Assembly: GCF_009914755.1 (NCBI RefSeq)
Contig: NC_060946.1
Source of the DNA: the human T2T-CHM13v2.0 reference genome, Homo sapiens
DNA: 64,000 bases
Strand: one strand, 5' to 3'
Shown: positions 30,613 to 48,727 of the stretch, piece after piece
Position numbering within the stretch: the stretch's first letter is position 1
Layout of the letters: the number at the start of each line of letters is the position of its first letter
Position numbers and translations under genes: made by a program
The notes under the pieces: model-generated
The model's input: only the letters and a program-made list of their open reading frames with translations
Told to the model about the DNA's origin: nothing
Databases searched by the model: none

Positions 30613-32454
30613 AAGGAAATAAAGTTACAACCAACTCTTGTACTATTGTGAGGAAACAATCATATGTGTTGACAAAAAATCAGCTACTAATAGATTTATA
30701 ATAGTATATATGTAGCAGAAAAATATCAGATATAACTTATATACCCAAAAGTATGATTTAAAAACAGCATGACAATCTTTATGATGGGATATTGTGCAAC
30801 TACTAGAAGCACATTTTCAGAGATTATTTATTAACATATGATAATGACTACATTGAGTGGTTTTTAGAAGCATGAATTGAAACCATGTATAAGCATGACT
30901 TTATTGAACTTATATATAACATTACACACACGTTTACATAATTATAAAATAAGTATGCTCATGTTCATAATATGTATTTATTTATATTCATATGTAAGGC
31001 CAATAGGAAGTAATCTCTGTATCTGAGTTATTATTTCATAAATAATTTATGCTTGTTCTGTGAAAATAAAAACACTGCTATGGATCTTCCAAGTATCCTG
31101 AAAGGATACCGTTTATAATTAAACAATAACAATTTTAGAAATAATTATTTTAAATAAGGCTATGATAAATCTGGTTTCATTGCACACTTTAACTTTGGAA
31201 CATTTCATGAAGCGTCCCTTGATCACGACTCTCATATTCAGGAGTTTTTTGAGATCAAAATGGGACAATCAGTATGAATCTATTTTTTAGACATGCAAAT
31301 GGATAACTTTAAATAGCAGTAGCGATATAATCAGAGTGCACAGTTGCTCTGGGACAAAACTTGGAAATGAGCAAATTTTTAGATTCTTAATGTTTTACAC
31401 ACTTTAGCATTCCACAGCACCATTACATACTCATTTTTCTACTAGAATACCTTGGTAAAAATTCACAGTAGAGATCAGGCTTGTCCTTCATACATTAACT
31501 AATCAAGTAGGAAAGTGCAAATGAGAACATAGTGCCAAACATAGGCACCACATGGAAACAAGCATGGAACTGCCAGGAAGCCATTTTTGTAGCTTTGTAG
31601 CCCAATTATATTTTTCCTAATGTATTGCACACAAAACTTGGGGGAAAAAAAAGAGGCAGAGAGAAAACAGGTTATATCAGCCCTATCTCACAATCCACAA
31701 GTTCATCCTGTTAGAGGAGTAACTATGTAAAACAAATTTTATCTGTTGAATGTCCTATTTAGTTAATCGCAAAACTGTACGAGAACACACTTGTGACTTA
31801 TTTAGCAGCTTGTTTGTTCGCTTTCCACTGGCTTCACAAATGTCCTTTGGAAATAGAATGTACATTTGGAACCTTGTACACCTTTTCTTTCTCCAGTACC
31901 CTCTTGTCACTTCCATCACTAAGGTGACAGAAGCAACTAGGGGCAATGCATTTGTAGCACACCTGGGTCAGAGGTATCCTCCAGGGGAAGGATCAGACCT
32001 GCTTGAAAGCATGTCGTTGGAATTGGGAGGCTTCTAGTAGCTATAACATAAGCACTGATGTTTACTGTTCCCTGCCCTCCACTTTGATCACTCTGGGAAA
32101 CGTTTTTTTTTCTTAAAAAATCAATTGTATTGAAACATAATTTACATAAAATAAATACTATTTTAAAGTGCACAGTTTGCTGAGTTTTGCCAGGTGTAAC
32201 CATCCAGGTGAATGAAATTGATTAAACTGATCTTTCAAATAATAAATTAACTTTGCAATCTTGCTAGAAATTTAATTTGTTCACAGTTTATTATCCATTC
32301 TATGTACTGCTACATTCAATTGGTTATTATGTTTTAAGGACTTTTGAGTCTATGTTTATGAGGGATAAACATCAAAGTTGTATAATGCCTTTGTCTCGAT
32401 TTGGAATCGGCAATACTGGGTTCATAAAATAAGATAGGAAATGTCCCTTTAAAT

Positions 32455-32762
<308 letters not shown>

Positions 32763-32806
32763 TTAAATTCTATTTCTTAAAAAGAGTCCGTTCAAGATTG
32801 ATGTTA

Positions 32807-33152
32807 TAGATACTCCTCAACTTACAATTGTTTTATGTCTTAATGAACTCATCCTAAATTGAAAATATTGTAAGTCTAAAACGCATTTAATATATTTAAC
32901 CTACTGAATATCATGACTTAGCCTCGCCTACCTTAAACTTGCTCAGAACACTTACATTATCCTACAATTGGGCAAAATCATCTACCACAAGGCCCATTTT
33001 AAAATATTGAGTATCTCATGAAATTTATTGAAAACTATACTGATAGTGAAAAACTGGTCATATTGATGCTCATCATTAACGTACACAGATGAAAGCACCA
33101 TTATCAAGTAAGAAGAGCACAAGTCAAGCCACTGTAAGTTGAGGACTCTCTG
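32807..33152. mobile_element. MER47A-like Tigger MITE
   Basis: TIRs tagatactcctcaacttac ... gtaagttgaggactctctg flanked by TA; internal gcctaccttaaacttgctcagaacacttacatt. Confidence 0.85.
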
Positions 33153-34419
33153 TACTTTCTTAAATGTTTGATAGAATTCACCTGAGAAAGCATGTAGCCT
33201 GTAATTATAGAAATCTTTTTTAATTAAAAAAATTCTTCAATACATAGAGAAGCTATTACTTTTTCTAGTTCATTTTGCATTAGTTTTAAGAATTAGTTTT
33301 ACAAATAATTTCCCATGTTATTTTAATTGTCAAATGTATTGGCCTAAAGTTTTCATAATTATATTGATGTCTGTAGGTTCTGTAGTTACATCCTCTATTT
33401 AATTCCCATTATCTACATTATGTAGCTTCTGTAATTTTTTTCGAGATAAATCTTGCTAGCCATTGTTTATTAAAAAATTTTTTTCAAAGAACCAATTTGT
33501 GGGTATATTAATTAGCTCCACCTTTTGTTATTTGCTATGTTGTTGGTTTACATTTTTATCTTTATCATCTTCCTTCCTCTTAATTTGGATATACTTTGCT
33601 CATTTTTTAGCCTCTTAAAAAAGAACTTAAAGGTCATTGATTGAAGCCTTTTATTTTCAATATATTACATCTATAAATGTACCTTTAAGAAACGATTTAT
33701 CTGCATCCCACATTTTATTAAGTTTTTAAAAAATTTTCTTTCAGTTTAAACTATTTTTTTTGTGTGTGAAACTTTTCTTGGCCAATAGGTTTTTCTGAAG
33801 TATTTTGTGTAATGTTCAAATGTTGGGATGTTATTGTACATATCCTACTGTTGTCCATCTCTGGTTCATGATACAATGCATGTTCTCCATTGCACTTAGA
33901 TAACATACCTCCATGTCTCTGGAGAATTCCTCAGTCTTTCTAAAATGCTTTTGATGAATACTGGCAGTTATTTTGTAGAATGTCCCTCCTCAATTTCAGT
34001 TAGTCTGATGTTTTCTCACGGTTAGGACTAAAGTTATACATTTTGTCTAAGAATACCATAGAATTGATGTTTTGTCCTACTCAGTGCATCATATAAGAAG
34101 TTACATGAAGTTCATTTATCTTATTATTAGTAATGTTAACTTTGATCACTTGGCTAAGTTGACATCTCCACTTTGAAGTTACTATTCTGTAATTATCTTG
34201 TGGGAAGATACTTTCATATTATGCAAATATGTTCTTTCCCAACATATACTCACCACTAATCTTAGCATCCCTCCAAGGTTCTTTCTTGCAACAATTATTA
34301 CTATGATATTTGCAAAGTGATGATTCTTATATTTTATGTCTCCTACATTTAATGAAATCTTACTGTAATAAAATACTACCCATTCTCAATCTTTGGTTTA
34401 TTATTTATGTCAATATGGA

Positions 34420-34712
34420 TTTTTTTTTGAGTTGGAGTCTTGTTTTGTCATCCAGGCTGGTGTGCAATGGTGCGACTTCCGCTCACTACACTTCCACCTT
34501 CCGGGATTCAAGCCATTCTCCTGCCTCAGCCTCCGGAGTAGCTGGGACTACAGGCATGTGCCACCATGCCCGGCTAATTTTTGTATTTTTAGTAGAGGCA
34601 GGGATTCACCACATTGGTCAGGCTGGTCTCGAACTCCTGGCCTCAAGTGATCTGCCCGCCTCTGCCTCCCAAAGTGCTGGGAATACAGGCATGAGCAACC
34701 GCACCCGGCCTG
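34420..34712 (-). mobile_element. Alu
   Basis: Reverse dimeric Alu; source of ORFs 34310-34738 and 34393-34650. Confidence 0.93.
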
Positions 34713-36034
34713 GATTAATTGAAAATTTTCTTCTGTAGATTGTAATATATTACTATTGTTATCTATTTTATTGCCCCAATTTTCTCAAATTTGGCTATGG
34801 AAGTTTATTCAAAGTGGATCTGTTTCCCTTTCACATTTTCCCCATTTTGTGAGCATTTCCTTACTTCCTAACATGACAAAATATTTCAAACTAATCTTGT
34901 ATTTTCCCTGCCCAATCCTGATATCAAATATGTCCCCAAGGAGCCTTGGTTCCTTTAATTGGAGAGTGGTGTTCTCATTGTTACTGGGATGATGTTGTTT
35001 CTAGGCCCTTTTGTTAGAGGAGCTAGAAAATATATGTATGTATACTCACACATTTATACACATCTGTACTTATTTATACAATTATCCATCTGTACGTATA
35101 CTAAAAACAATGATTTCATGAAGCTTTTGATCCCAATCCAACACTAGATAAAGACTATATAGGCCCATTTATTTGCAAGTCAGCACATAAACATAGAAGA
35201 ATTATTAACAATATAAGCTGTAGCTTATGCTAAATGTTGGTAGGAACAGACAATAAGTTATGGAGAACTTCAGAGGACACTAAGGTTGGATGGGATTTTG
35301 GAAGTTGTACAGGTCAATGCCACTCCATCTATTGGCTGAGTTTCACTAGGTTAATACATGAACAACAACAAAAATAACCTAGATCAGAAGTTAAAGATCA
35401 TTTTATTGACTATCTGCCGTGTCTGTGCCATTGCAGTGTACTAGGTGCACTTACGAGTCCTCTACTTACAAACTGCTTTTCACAAAATATGAAACTCCAG
35501 GCAAAGGTTCAGACATACGACGTTTGTTTTTAAAATCTTTCTACAGCCTTGTATCCTTTTTCCTTTCCTTCCTTTTACCCTTTTTAAAATGTGTTATGAG
35601 TTTTATCTTAGACTAACATCATCTGAAATGTTGCTATACGCCAGTATTCAGTTGCTGTGTTTGATGAATCATAAAATGGTGTAAAACTTCAATTAGTGTA
35701 CTTTTTAAATAAAGTATCTATGAATGCATCCAGCAAAATGTTTATGATTTGAGTATTCACAAAATATTACTTTTCTCTGGATCTAACAATAATGTGAAAA
35801 CCCAAAATGAATATAAAATGTTAGCTAATAATAGATTTCAAAGTATTCTACAAGTACGAAAAATATATGATATTGTTACTTTCATATATGTAAAACACTA
35901 ATAATTTTTGTCAACATAAACATCATCTTTACACCTAAACTTGTATTAATTCAATTAAGATTTAATATAGTATCCTAAAGTCATCAAATATTCAAAAATA
36001 AGTTGTATTCTGACTTGAAATATACATAAAATTA

Positions 36035-36409
<375 letters not shown>

Positions 36410-37039
36410 CTAATAATCCTGAGTTTGGTTTTCTTGGTTTTATTTTTTCATTTAGTTTTGTTCACTTTGACCAGTGGGCTGGTGGTTCTTAGGTGCACCA
36501 AGGTTTTCATTTTTCAGTTCAAGATTTGAAAACCTTAATGTGGTAATTTCTCTAATTTTTTTGACAGTTACGTCCCAGGTTGCAAGTTAAAATAAAATTC
36601 CCATTTTACTAAAGTCCTTGGTTTATTAATGATTTTATAATGACTTAATATATAATTTAATGAGTAATGAGGGGTACTACATTTCAGAAATAAACACTGA
36701 AGAACTTATTCATGGAACCAAACACCACCTGTTTCTCAAACACCTATTAAAATAAAAATACATATAAATAATTTTTAAAAATAAACACTAAAAATAAAGT
36801 GAAAATGAAAAAATATATATCCAGGTTAAAAAAAAAACTACTTCAGTTAAACAATAAATACTTTTTGGGGGGACTCAACTCTACTACAAAATTATTCGTT
36901 ATTTATTATAATCAATAATACAGGTAAAATAATAAGTTTTTAAAAATTTAAAAATTGTAAAAAATAAAACGATATTAACAAACATTGGTATACTGGTGAA
37001 GGCCGGGCTCAGTGGCTGCTTTCCAAAGTGGTTACACCA

Positions 37040-37335
37040 GTCGGGCATGGTGGCACACACCTGTAATCTCAGCACTTCCGGAAGCTGAAGCAGGCAGATC
37101 ACTTGAGCTCAGGAGTTTGACACAAACCTGGGCTACATGACAACACCCCATTTCTACCAAAAACTGTAAAAATCAGCTGCTCATGATAGCATGCACCTGT
37201 AAGTCCCAGCTACTTAGGAGGCTGAGGTGAGAGGATCACTTGTGCCTGGAAGGTCACAGCTGCACTGGCCATGTTCATGTCACTGCACTCCAGCCTGCGC
37301 AACAGAGCAAGATTTTGTCTCAAAAAAAAAAAAAA
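37040..37335 (+). mobile_element. Alu (AluJ-like)
   Basis: Alu consensus with A tail; flanked by ccaaagtggttacac/gtgtaaccactttg L1 remnants. Confidence 0.88.
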
Positions 37336-37339
37336 CGTT

Positions 37340-38110
37340 GGTGACAATTGGAATACTTGGAACTCACATACATTACTGGTGGGAATATAAAATGGTGTAA
37401 TCAATTTGGGTGTTTTCTTGGCATTTGATTTTTTTAAAAAATCAAGATATTGTTTCCCTATGTTGCCCAGGGTGCTCCTGAACTCCCGAGCTAAGAAAAT
37501 CCTCCAAACTCAGCGTCTCAAATACCTGAGATTAAAGGTGTGAGCCACTGTGCCTGACCAGTGTAACCACTTTGAAAAACAACGTGGCAGTTTCTCAAAG
37601 ACTAAATGTATAGTAATCACATAATGCAACAATTTCACTCCTGAGTGTAAATCCAAGAGAAATAAAAATATATGTTCACACTAAAACTTACGTACGAGTG
37701 TTCATAGCAGCCTGACTCATGATGGTGAATACGCAAAAACAACACAAATGTCCATCAACTAATGAATGGATAAACATAAACTATTACTCAGCTACAAAAG
37801 GAAAGAAATCCTGATACACACTATAACATGAAAGAAATTTGAAAACATTCTGCTAAGAGAAAAAAAAGCAAATTACAAAAGATCACACATTGTACAATTC
37901 TATTTCTATAAAAGGTCCAGATTAGGCAAAACTACAATGACAGAAAATAAATCACTGGTTGCCTATGAACATGGGGTACGTAGGAGGTAACGGCTAAGAG
38001 GTGAGGGTTTCTCACTCATAAGTGGGTAACTCACAAGTGGGTAATCACTTCTAAGAAAGACTGTGGTGATGGATGCACAGCTCCTTGAATATTCTAAAAA
38101 CCACTCAATT
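37340..38110 (+). mobile_element. Old L1M 3' region interleaved with an Alu fragment
   Basis: caaatgtccatcaactaatgaatggataaac, attctatttctataaaaggtccagattaggcaaaact: L1MB/ME-like. Confidence 0.7.
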
Positions 38111-38619
38111 GTATACTTTCTTTTTTTCTTTAGTTATTTAAAGACGGTCTCCTTTTGTCACCCATGCTGTAGTGCAGTGGTGCCATCTGGTCTCACTGCA
38201 ACCTATGGCTTCTGGGCTCAAGTGATCTTCCAGTCTCATGTCCCCAAGTAGTTGGGACTACAGGCATGAGCCACCACACCCAGCTAATTTTTGTATTTTT
38301 GCTAGAGATGCTGTTTTGCCATGTTGCCCAGGCTAGTCGCAAACTCCTGAACACAAGCGATCCACCTGCCTCAGCTGCCCAAAGTCTTAGCGTTATAGGA
38401 ATTAGCCACTGCACCTGGCCTGAATTGTGTACTTTGATAAATGAATTGCATGATACGTTAATCATATTTCAATAACGTTATTATTTTAAAAATGGCTGGG
38501 CATGGTGTGGTGACTCACGCCTCTGATCTCAGCACACTGGGAGGCCAAGGTGGGTGGATTGCCTGATTTCAGGAGTTCGAGACCAGTCTGGCCAACATAC
38601 TGAAACTCTGTCTCTACTA

Positions 38620-39129
<510 letters not shown>

Positions 39130-39487
39130 TTATCACCTTCTGAGAGTAATCAACATTCAGGAGGAACATAGAAGAACAAAAGACCACTGAATGGTTGAGG
39201 GTGGGTTGCTGGTTAGGTTCAGTGGCCAGCTGAGTAGTATCTGAAAAATTCTTTAGTAAAATTATGGCACTAGGGGTGAGTCATGCAGTCGAAGGATGAA
39301 TACTAAATCCAGTACAAACACCCATGGTCTTTCTTTACATGAATTCCAGTGAAAAATTTCTAAGTGCCTAAAATAGCAAGTGGTCTGAAATGATGGCAGC
39401 AGTTTATTAAAGACTGAAAAAAGAGGCCAGGCACGGTGGCTCACACCTGTAATCCCAGCACTTTAGGAGTCCAAGGCCAGTGGATCA

Positions 39488-39787
<300 letters not shown>

Positions 39788-40714
39788 CTACTGATTTGAG
39801 TTAGCCAATATAACACTATCTTAGATAAAGTGTACAAACAACTCAATTTCATCTCCTCATTAATAACTGATTAGTCTAATATCAATTCTGATTTTTAAAA
39901 AGCTAATTAGAAAAAGAATTAATTATAGAACCAATAAGAGGTTTGAATAGTTACAAGCTATTCAAAGGAGAATTCAAAAAACCATTCAGGTATGAGGCCA
40001 TAAAGTATGATGAAATAAATTTCATTAATATATTTTAAAATAAACTGATTAGACAGGCAACAACACCTGGGCACGGGTCTCCTCACCTCCAGCAACACAA
40101 ACCCAATCGCGCAGCTATGGGGTTGCAAAGGCTGCATAGTGACAAACAGACTGCTCTGAGCTGAGATTTCTTTACTTGTATCTGTATTCTGAGACCGGGT
40201 CTCACTCTGTCACTCTGGCTGCAATGCAGGGGTGCACTCATAGCTAACTGCAGCCGTGACCTCCTGGGCTCCGGGGATCCTCCTGCCTCACCCTCACCAT
40301 AGCTACGGCTACAGATGAACACCAAAACACCCAGCTAATTTTTTTTTTTTTTTTTTTTTTGTAGAAAGAGGAGCCTTGCTATGTTGCCCAAGCTGGCCTC
40401 AAACTCCCGCCCTCAAGAGATCTGCCCACCTCAACAACCTAAGTAACAGGTTCTACAGGAAAATACCACTATGCCGGGATAATTATATTTTATTAATTTT
40501 TATTTGCATAGACAGGAAGTCTTGCTGTGTTGCCCAGGGTGGTCTCAAACTCCTGGACTCAAACCATTCTCCCATCTCTGCCTCCCAAAGTGCTGAAGCT
40601 ACGGGCATAAGCCACTACACCTGGCCCGACTTAAGATCTCTGTAATCTAGCATCCCATACTTCATATAATTGGGAAAAGCAGTAGTGGTTTTTTTTTAAT
40701 TACTTAACATTTCA

Positions 40715-41240
40715 ACAAGAATCAACCATCTCTCACCATTGCCAGGGCCCTGGTCAGAACCACTATCATCTCCCACCTGGAGGTTGCCACAGCATGGCCT
40801 CCCTGCTTCTACCCAAATCTTCCCACAATCTTTGTCAACTCAGCTGCCATGGGATGCTTTTAAATCAGTAGACAGTTCGTGTCAACTCTCTGCTCAGAAC
40901 CCTTCCGCATCTCCCATCTCAGACAGAATAAAAACCAAAGCCCCAGCAATAGCCTCCCAGGGCTTACACAATCTGTACTGATCTGAGTCCAACAACTCCC
41001 TGGCCTCCTTCCCTACTTCTCTCCCTCTCTCTACTCCACAGACCTCTTTCCTGAGCTTCAGACACACCACGGAGTTCCCTCTTAGCATCTTTATTCTGTT
41101 GTTTCTGCCTAAAATGCTCTTCCCTCAGTACCTTGGCCAGCTCCTTCCCCTCCTTCAAGTCTTTGCTCAATTTTCACTTAGGAGGCCAACCCTGACCACT
41201 CTATTTAATATTGCTATCTGTCCCTATTCCTGCCATGCTC
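40715..41240 (+). mobile_element. L2 fragment
   Basis: ccctggtcagaaccactatcatctcccacctgga...gcctccctgcttctac...tccttcaagtctttgctcaa, L2-like. Confidence 0.7.
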
Positions 41241-41554
41241 ACTCATTTCTTTTTTCTTTTTTTTTCTAAGATATAATCTCGCTGTGTCACTCAGACTGGG
41301 GTGCCATGGCACGATCACAACGCACTGAGACCTGGAGCTCCTAGGTCAAGAAATTGTCCTGCCTCAGGGCCTCTAGTAGCTAAGACTACAAGTGCATGCC
41401 ACCACACCCGCTAATTTTTTTTTTTTTCCATGTAGACAGGGTATCATTTTGTTGCCCAGACTTATCGTGAACTCCTGGGCCAAAGCAACCATCCTGCCTC
41501 AGCCTCCTAAATAGCTGGAATTATAGGTGTGGGCCACCAATTCTGGCTTCATGT

Positions 41555-41910
41555 TCATTTCTTCTTGCCGCTGTTACAAACTACCCTACATTGAGTGGCT
41601 TAATACACCACAAATCTACTCACTAAGAGGTCTGGGGGCCAGAAGTCCAAAATAGGTCTATTAAGGCTAAAGTCAAGGTGCCAGCAGGACTGCATCCCTT
41701 CTGGAGGTTCTGGAGAGAATATGTTCCCTTGCCTTTCCCAGTTGCTAAAGCCACTCCTATTCTTTGGCTCATGGCCCCTAACTGCATCTTCAAAGCCTGA
41801 AGCAAAGCATATTCAAATCTCCCTCTGTGACCTGTGCTTCCATCATCAAATCTCCTTCAATTCGGACTCTCTTACCTCCCTCTTTCACTTATAAAGACCT
41901 CTTGTGATTG
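41555..41910 (-). mobile_element. MLT1-type MaLR LTR
   Basis: gctgttacaaactacc...ggccagaagtccaaaat...aaagtcaaggtgccagcaggactgcatcccttctggagg. Confidence 0.78.
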
Positions 41911-42197
41911 CTGGACACAGAGGCCGTGGCTCACAACCATAATCCCAACAGTTTAGGAGGTCAAAGGAGGAGAAACGCTTGAGGCCAAAACTTCAGGACC
42001 AGCCTGGGAAACACAGCGAGACCCCCTCAATTAAACAACAAAAAGAAATAAGAAAAAATTAGCTGGGCATGGTAGTATGCATCTGTAGTTTCAGCTACTT
42101 GAGAGGTTGTGGTGAAAGGATCGCTTTAGCCCCAGAGTTCAAGACCAGCCTCGGCAATATAACAAGATCCTATCTCTACAAAAAAATACAACAATTA

Positions 42198-42287
<90 letters not shown>

Positions 42288-42361
42288 TTAGCTACAACAC
42301 CATCACTGCACTCCAGATTGGGTGAAACAGAGACTCTGTGTTCAAAAGAAAAAGAAAAGAA

Positions 42362-43865
<1,504 letters not shown>

Positions 43866-44002
43866 ACCGTAACTACTATTCATGAAAAAGTTCTACTCAT
43901 TAGAACTAAAAATCACAAAATTGTAAGTTCTACAAAAACAAATCAACCTTATCTACCGCCCAGTCCTACCGAACTACAGAATGTGAGAACAGAAGGTCTG
44001 AC

Positions 44003-44120
44003 CATGGAGTCGAGAACTGACAGGAATGTCACCACCATCCTGCTCTCCAAGGACTCCTCATCTTCAACAGACTCCTCATCTTCAATGGGCAGGATGGAAA
44101 CTGCAACTTGTGCCATGATC
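44003..44120 (-). pseudogene. GTF2IP: GTF2I/GTF2IRD2-type first coding exon, copy 1: [38 protein letters not shown]
   Basis: ttgtgcaag|GATCATGGCACAAG...TCCATG|gtcaga; resembles GTF2[34 protein letters not shown]. Confidence 0.9.
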
Positions 44121-44340
44121 CTTGCACAAGAAAAGTAGTAAGAAAATGAGTGGTAGAAATCCAGTGTCCTAAACTCACATCCAGAGCTGTGAGAGTTTTT
44201 TACTGGCTGGATAATTCACAGTTATCTTGAATCAGGGGAAAAATAAGACTCAGAAACTAGGAATTCATTTTGCCCAAAACTCTCATCAGATACAGAATCC
44301 ATCCGCTAACTATCTAGTATTATTTCCATAAGTTAGATCA

Positions 44341-44728
<388 letters not shown>

Positions 44729-45906
44729 TTACAACCCAGTGATGGGCTACCACAACTCAACACAGCAAAGAGTTGCCAAGCTCCCTTTCTCCCCTGCACA
44801 ACCAGACACAGAAGAGTTGGTGTAGTGGAATGAGGCTGGATGGAGAGAAGTTCTTCTTCTTTCTTTCCTTTTTTTTTTGAGATGGACTCTCACTCTGTCA
44901 CACAGGCTGGGGTGCAGTGGTGCAATCTCGGTCACTGTAACCTCTGCCTTATGGGTTTAATCAATTCTCTGCCTCAGCCTTCCGAATACTTGGGATTAGA
45001 GGCACCCCCCACCACACCCAGCTAATTTTTTTTTTTTTAGTGGAGACTGGGTTTCACTATGTTGGCCAGGCTGGTCTTGAACTCCTGACATTAGGTGATC
45101 TACTCACCTCGGTCTCCAAAAGTGCTAGGATTACAGGCATGAGCCGCTGTGCCCAGCCAAGAAGTTCCTCTTCTTACTTAGAAAACAGATCACAGGGCAT
45201 CAAGTAACACGTAAAATCCTCTATAATAAGCAGTATTATTTTTGGAAAACCTTTCCTAATATTTTGGTATCAGTGAAAAGCCTCAGATTAATTTCAAACA
45301 CTATAAAAATACAATACATAAACAGAAAATATTAACTGTCAGCAATGCTATAGAGAAATTGGAAGCTGTATGCATTGCTTTTTGGAATGTAAAATGGTAC
45401 AGCCCACTGTGGAAAATGGTTTAGCAGCTCCTTAAAAATATGAAGCATAGAATTATATGATCCATCAACACCCTTTAAGCGTATATACCCAAAAGAACTG
45501 AGAGCAGGGACTCAAACAGGTATTTGTACACCCAATTAACAGCAGCATTATTCACAGTGGCCAGAAGGTAGCCCAAACCTAATGCCCATCAGTAGGTGAA
45601 TAGATAAAGAAAATGTAATATATACATACACAGAGTATTATTCAGCCATAAAAAGAAAAATATCTGGCCAGATTCAGGGGCTTACACCTGTAATCCCAGT
45701 ATTTTGGGAGGCCAAGGTGGGCAGGTCTCTTGAGCCCCATATTTTGAGACCAGACTGGACAACATGGCACATTTGGTTAGAAGTGTTTGAACATAACTAC
45801 TATTCCAGAAAAAGATCTACTCATTAGAACTACAAATCATAAAATTATAAGTTCTACAAAAAAAAAATCAACCTTATCTACCACCCAGTTCTACCAAATT
45901 ATATCA

Positions 45907-46110
<204 letters not shown>

Positions 46111-46309
46111 CTAAACTCACATCCAGAGCTGTGAGAGTTTCTCACCGGCTGCCAAATTGTTTTTTGGGTCAGAGAAAAAAATAAAACTTGGTAACCTGGT
46201 ACTCGACTTGCACCAAACTCTCATCAGATAGAGAATCTATCCGCTAACTTTCTATCTAGTATTATTTCCATGAAGTTACATCAATATCACTCTCAAAATA
46301 AATCCAGGT

Positions 46310-48725
46310 GGAAGACTAAATCCAAAGCTAGCAGAAGGAAAGAAATAATAAAGAGCATAATTAGAGCATAAATCAATAAAACAGAAGGTTGGAGAGCAGT
46401 AGAATGAAAAAATGTAGATTCTTTGAAAGATCAAGCCTTTCACTATATTGACTGAGCAAAAGATGGAAGACTAATTATTAAAATGATAAATGAAAGCAGA
46501 GCCATTACTACCAACTTTACAGAAATACAAAAGGATTACAGGAGTATACTGTGAACAACTGTCTAGCAACAAATTAGGTGCCCTGGATGAAATGGATGAA
46601 TCGCTAGAAAGACACAAACTACCAAAGTGGCTCAAGAAGAAAGAGAAAATCTGAATAGACCTATAACCTAGGAGATTGAATTAGTAATCGAAAGCGATTA
46701 ACAAAGAAACATTTATGACCAAATAGCTGCATTAACTGGTGAGTCAACCTAACATTTAAAGAAGAATTAATACCATTTCTTCTCAAACTCTTCTGACAAA
46801 ATATATGAAGAAGGAATACTTGCTAATTCATTTTTTGATAACAGCATTATCCTTATACCAAAGACAAAGAGAGCACAAAAGAGAGAAATACAGCACTATA
46901 TCCCTTATGAATATATAAGCAAAAATCTCAGCAAAATACTAGAAATACTAGCAAAATACTAGCAGCAGCAATACTGTATAATCAAAGGATTGTAAACTAT
47001 CACCCTTTGAGATTTATCCCCAAAATGCAAGGGTGGTTCAACATATAAAAAATCAATCAGTGTAATATGCTGTAACAGTAAAATGAATAAGCACGTGATT
47101 ATTTCAATTGCTGCAGAGAAAACATTGATGAAATACAACACCCTTCTATAATAAAAATACTCAATAAACTAGGCATAGAAGGGATCTTCTGCAACATGAC
47201 AATGGGATGTACAAAAACCCAACAGTTAATATCATGATCAATGATGAAACACTGAAAGCTGTTTTCCTAACATCTAGAAGAAAAGGATGGTGCATTTGCC
47301 ACTTGTATTCAACGTAGCACTGGCAGTTCTAGCCAGAGCAATTAGGCAAGACAAAGAAATAAAAGGCATCTAAATTAGAAATAAAAAATAGGTGTAAAAT
47401 TATATCTACACATGATCTTATGGGTATAAAGCTCCAAACAAAACACAAAACCGATTATAACTAATAAAAGAGGCAGGATGCAAACAAACATAGGCAAATG
47501 AGCTATATTTCTATATAGTTGTAAAGAACTATGAAAACATTTTAAAAATTCCATTTATAATGACATCAAATAATACGTTATTCAGGCATAAATCTAACCA
47601 TGGTGGTATACATAAAACATTGCTGCAAAAAACTAAAGAGAGTGGAAATAAGTGGAAAGACATTCTGTGTTCACGGGTTGTAAGACAATATTGTTAAGAT
47701 GACAATACCATCTAAAGTAATCTACAGATTCAATGCAATACCATCAAAATCCCAAAGGCATTTTTGCAGAAACAAAGAAACTCATTCTAAAATCATACAA
47801 AAATTCAAAGGATCTGACAGACAAAACAGTCTTGAAAAACAACATTGGAAAACTCACATTTTTCAGTTTCACAGCCTACTACAAATCTACAGTAATCAAG
47901 AGAGTGTGGTACTGGAATAAGACCAATAGACTTTCAGACCAATACAATGGAACAGATTTGAGATCCTACAAGTTAGTCCTCACATATATGGTCAATGACT
48001 GTTCAACAAGGTGGCCAAGTCTAGTCAAGGGAGGAAAGAACAGTCTCTTCAACAACTGGATGTCAGTGCACAAGAGAGAAGTTAGACCCCTACTTTGCAG
48101 TATATACAAAAATTAATTCTAAATTAATAAAATACTTAAATGTAAGGACTAAAAATATGTAACTCTTAGAAGAAAACACACGGTAAACCTTTATGACCTT
48201 TGAGTTTTAAGTGTATTTTGAAATATGACAGAAAAGCACAGATAACAAAAGAAAATACACGAAAATTAGATTTAATCAAAATAAAAAACCCTTTATGTAT
48301 CAAAGGATACTATCAAGGAAGTGAAAAGACAACCCATAATATGTGAGAAAATATGTATCTGATAAAATCAAAATGTGTATCTGATAAAAGCTTAATATTC
48401 CACAACTCAACAACAGAATTTCTAAGATCCCAATTAAAAAATAGGCAAAGGACTTGAACAGACATTTCTCCAAAGAAGATACACAAATGTCTAAGAAGGA
48501 AAAGAAAAGATGCTAAACACCATTATTCATTAATAAAATGCAAGGCAAAACCCAAATGAGATGCCACTTTGCATCCACTAGTAAGGCTTTCATAACAACG
48601 ACACAGAAAATCAATGTTGCTAAGGAGGTGGAGAAACTGGAGCCCTCATGAACTGGCTGCTAGGAATAGAAAATGATGCACTTGCTGTGGAAAACAGTTT
48701 GGTGGTTCCTCAAAGAATCACACAG
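46310..48725 (+). mobile_element. Old decayed L1 ORF2 (L1M-like)
   Basis: A-rich, with ORF2 remnants (aatgcaagggtggttcaacat, IYRFNAIP, YYKSTVIKRVWYW); many stops and frameshifts. Confidence 0.88.
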
Positions 48726-48727
48726 AG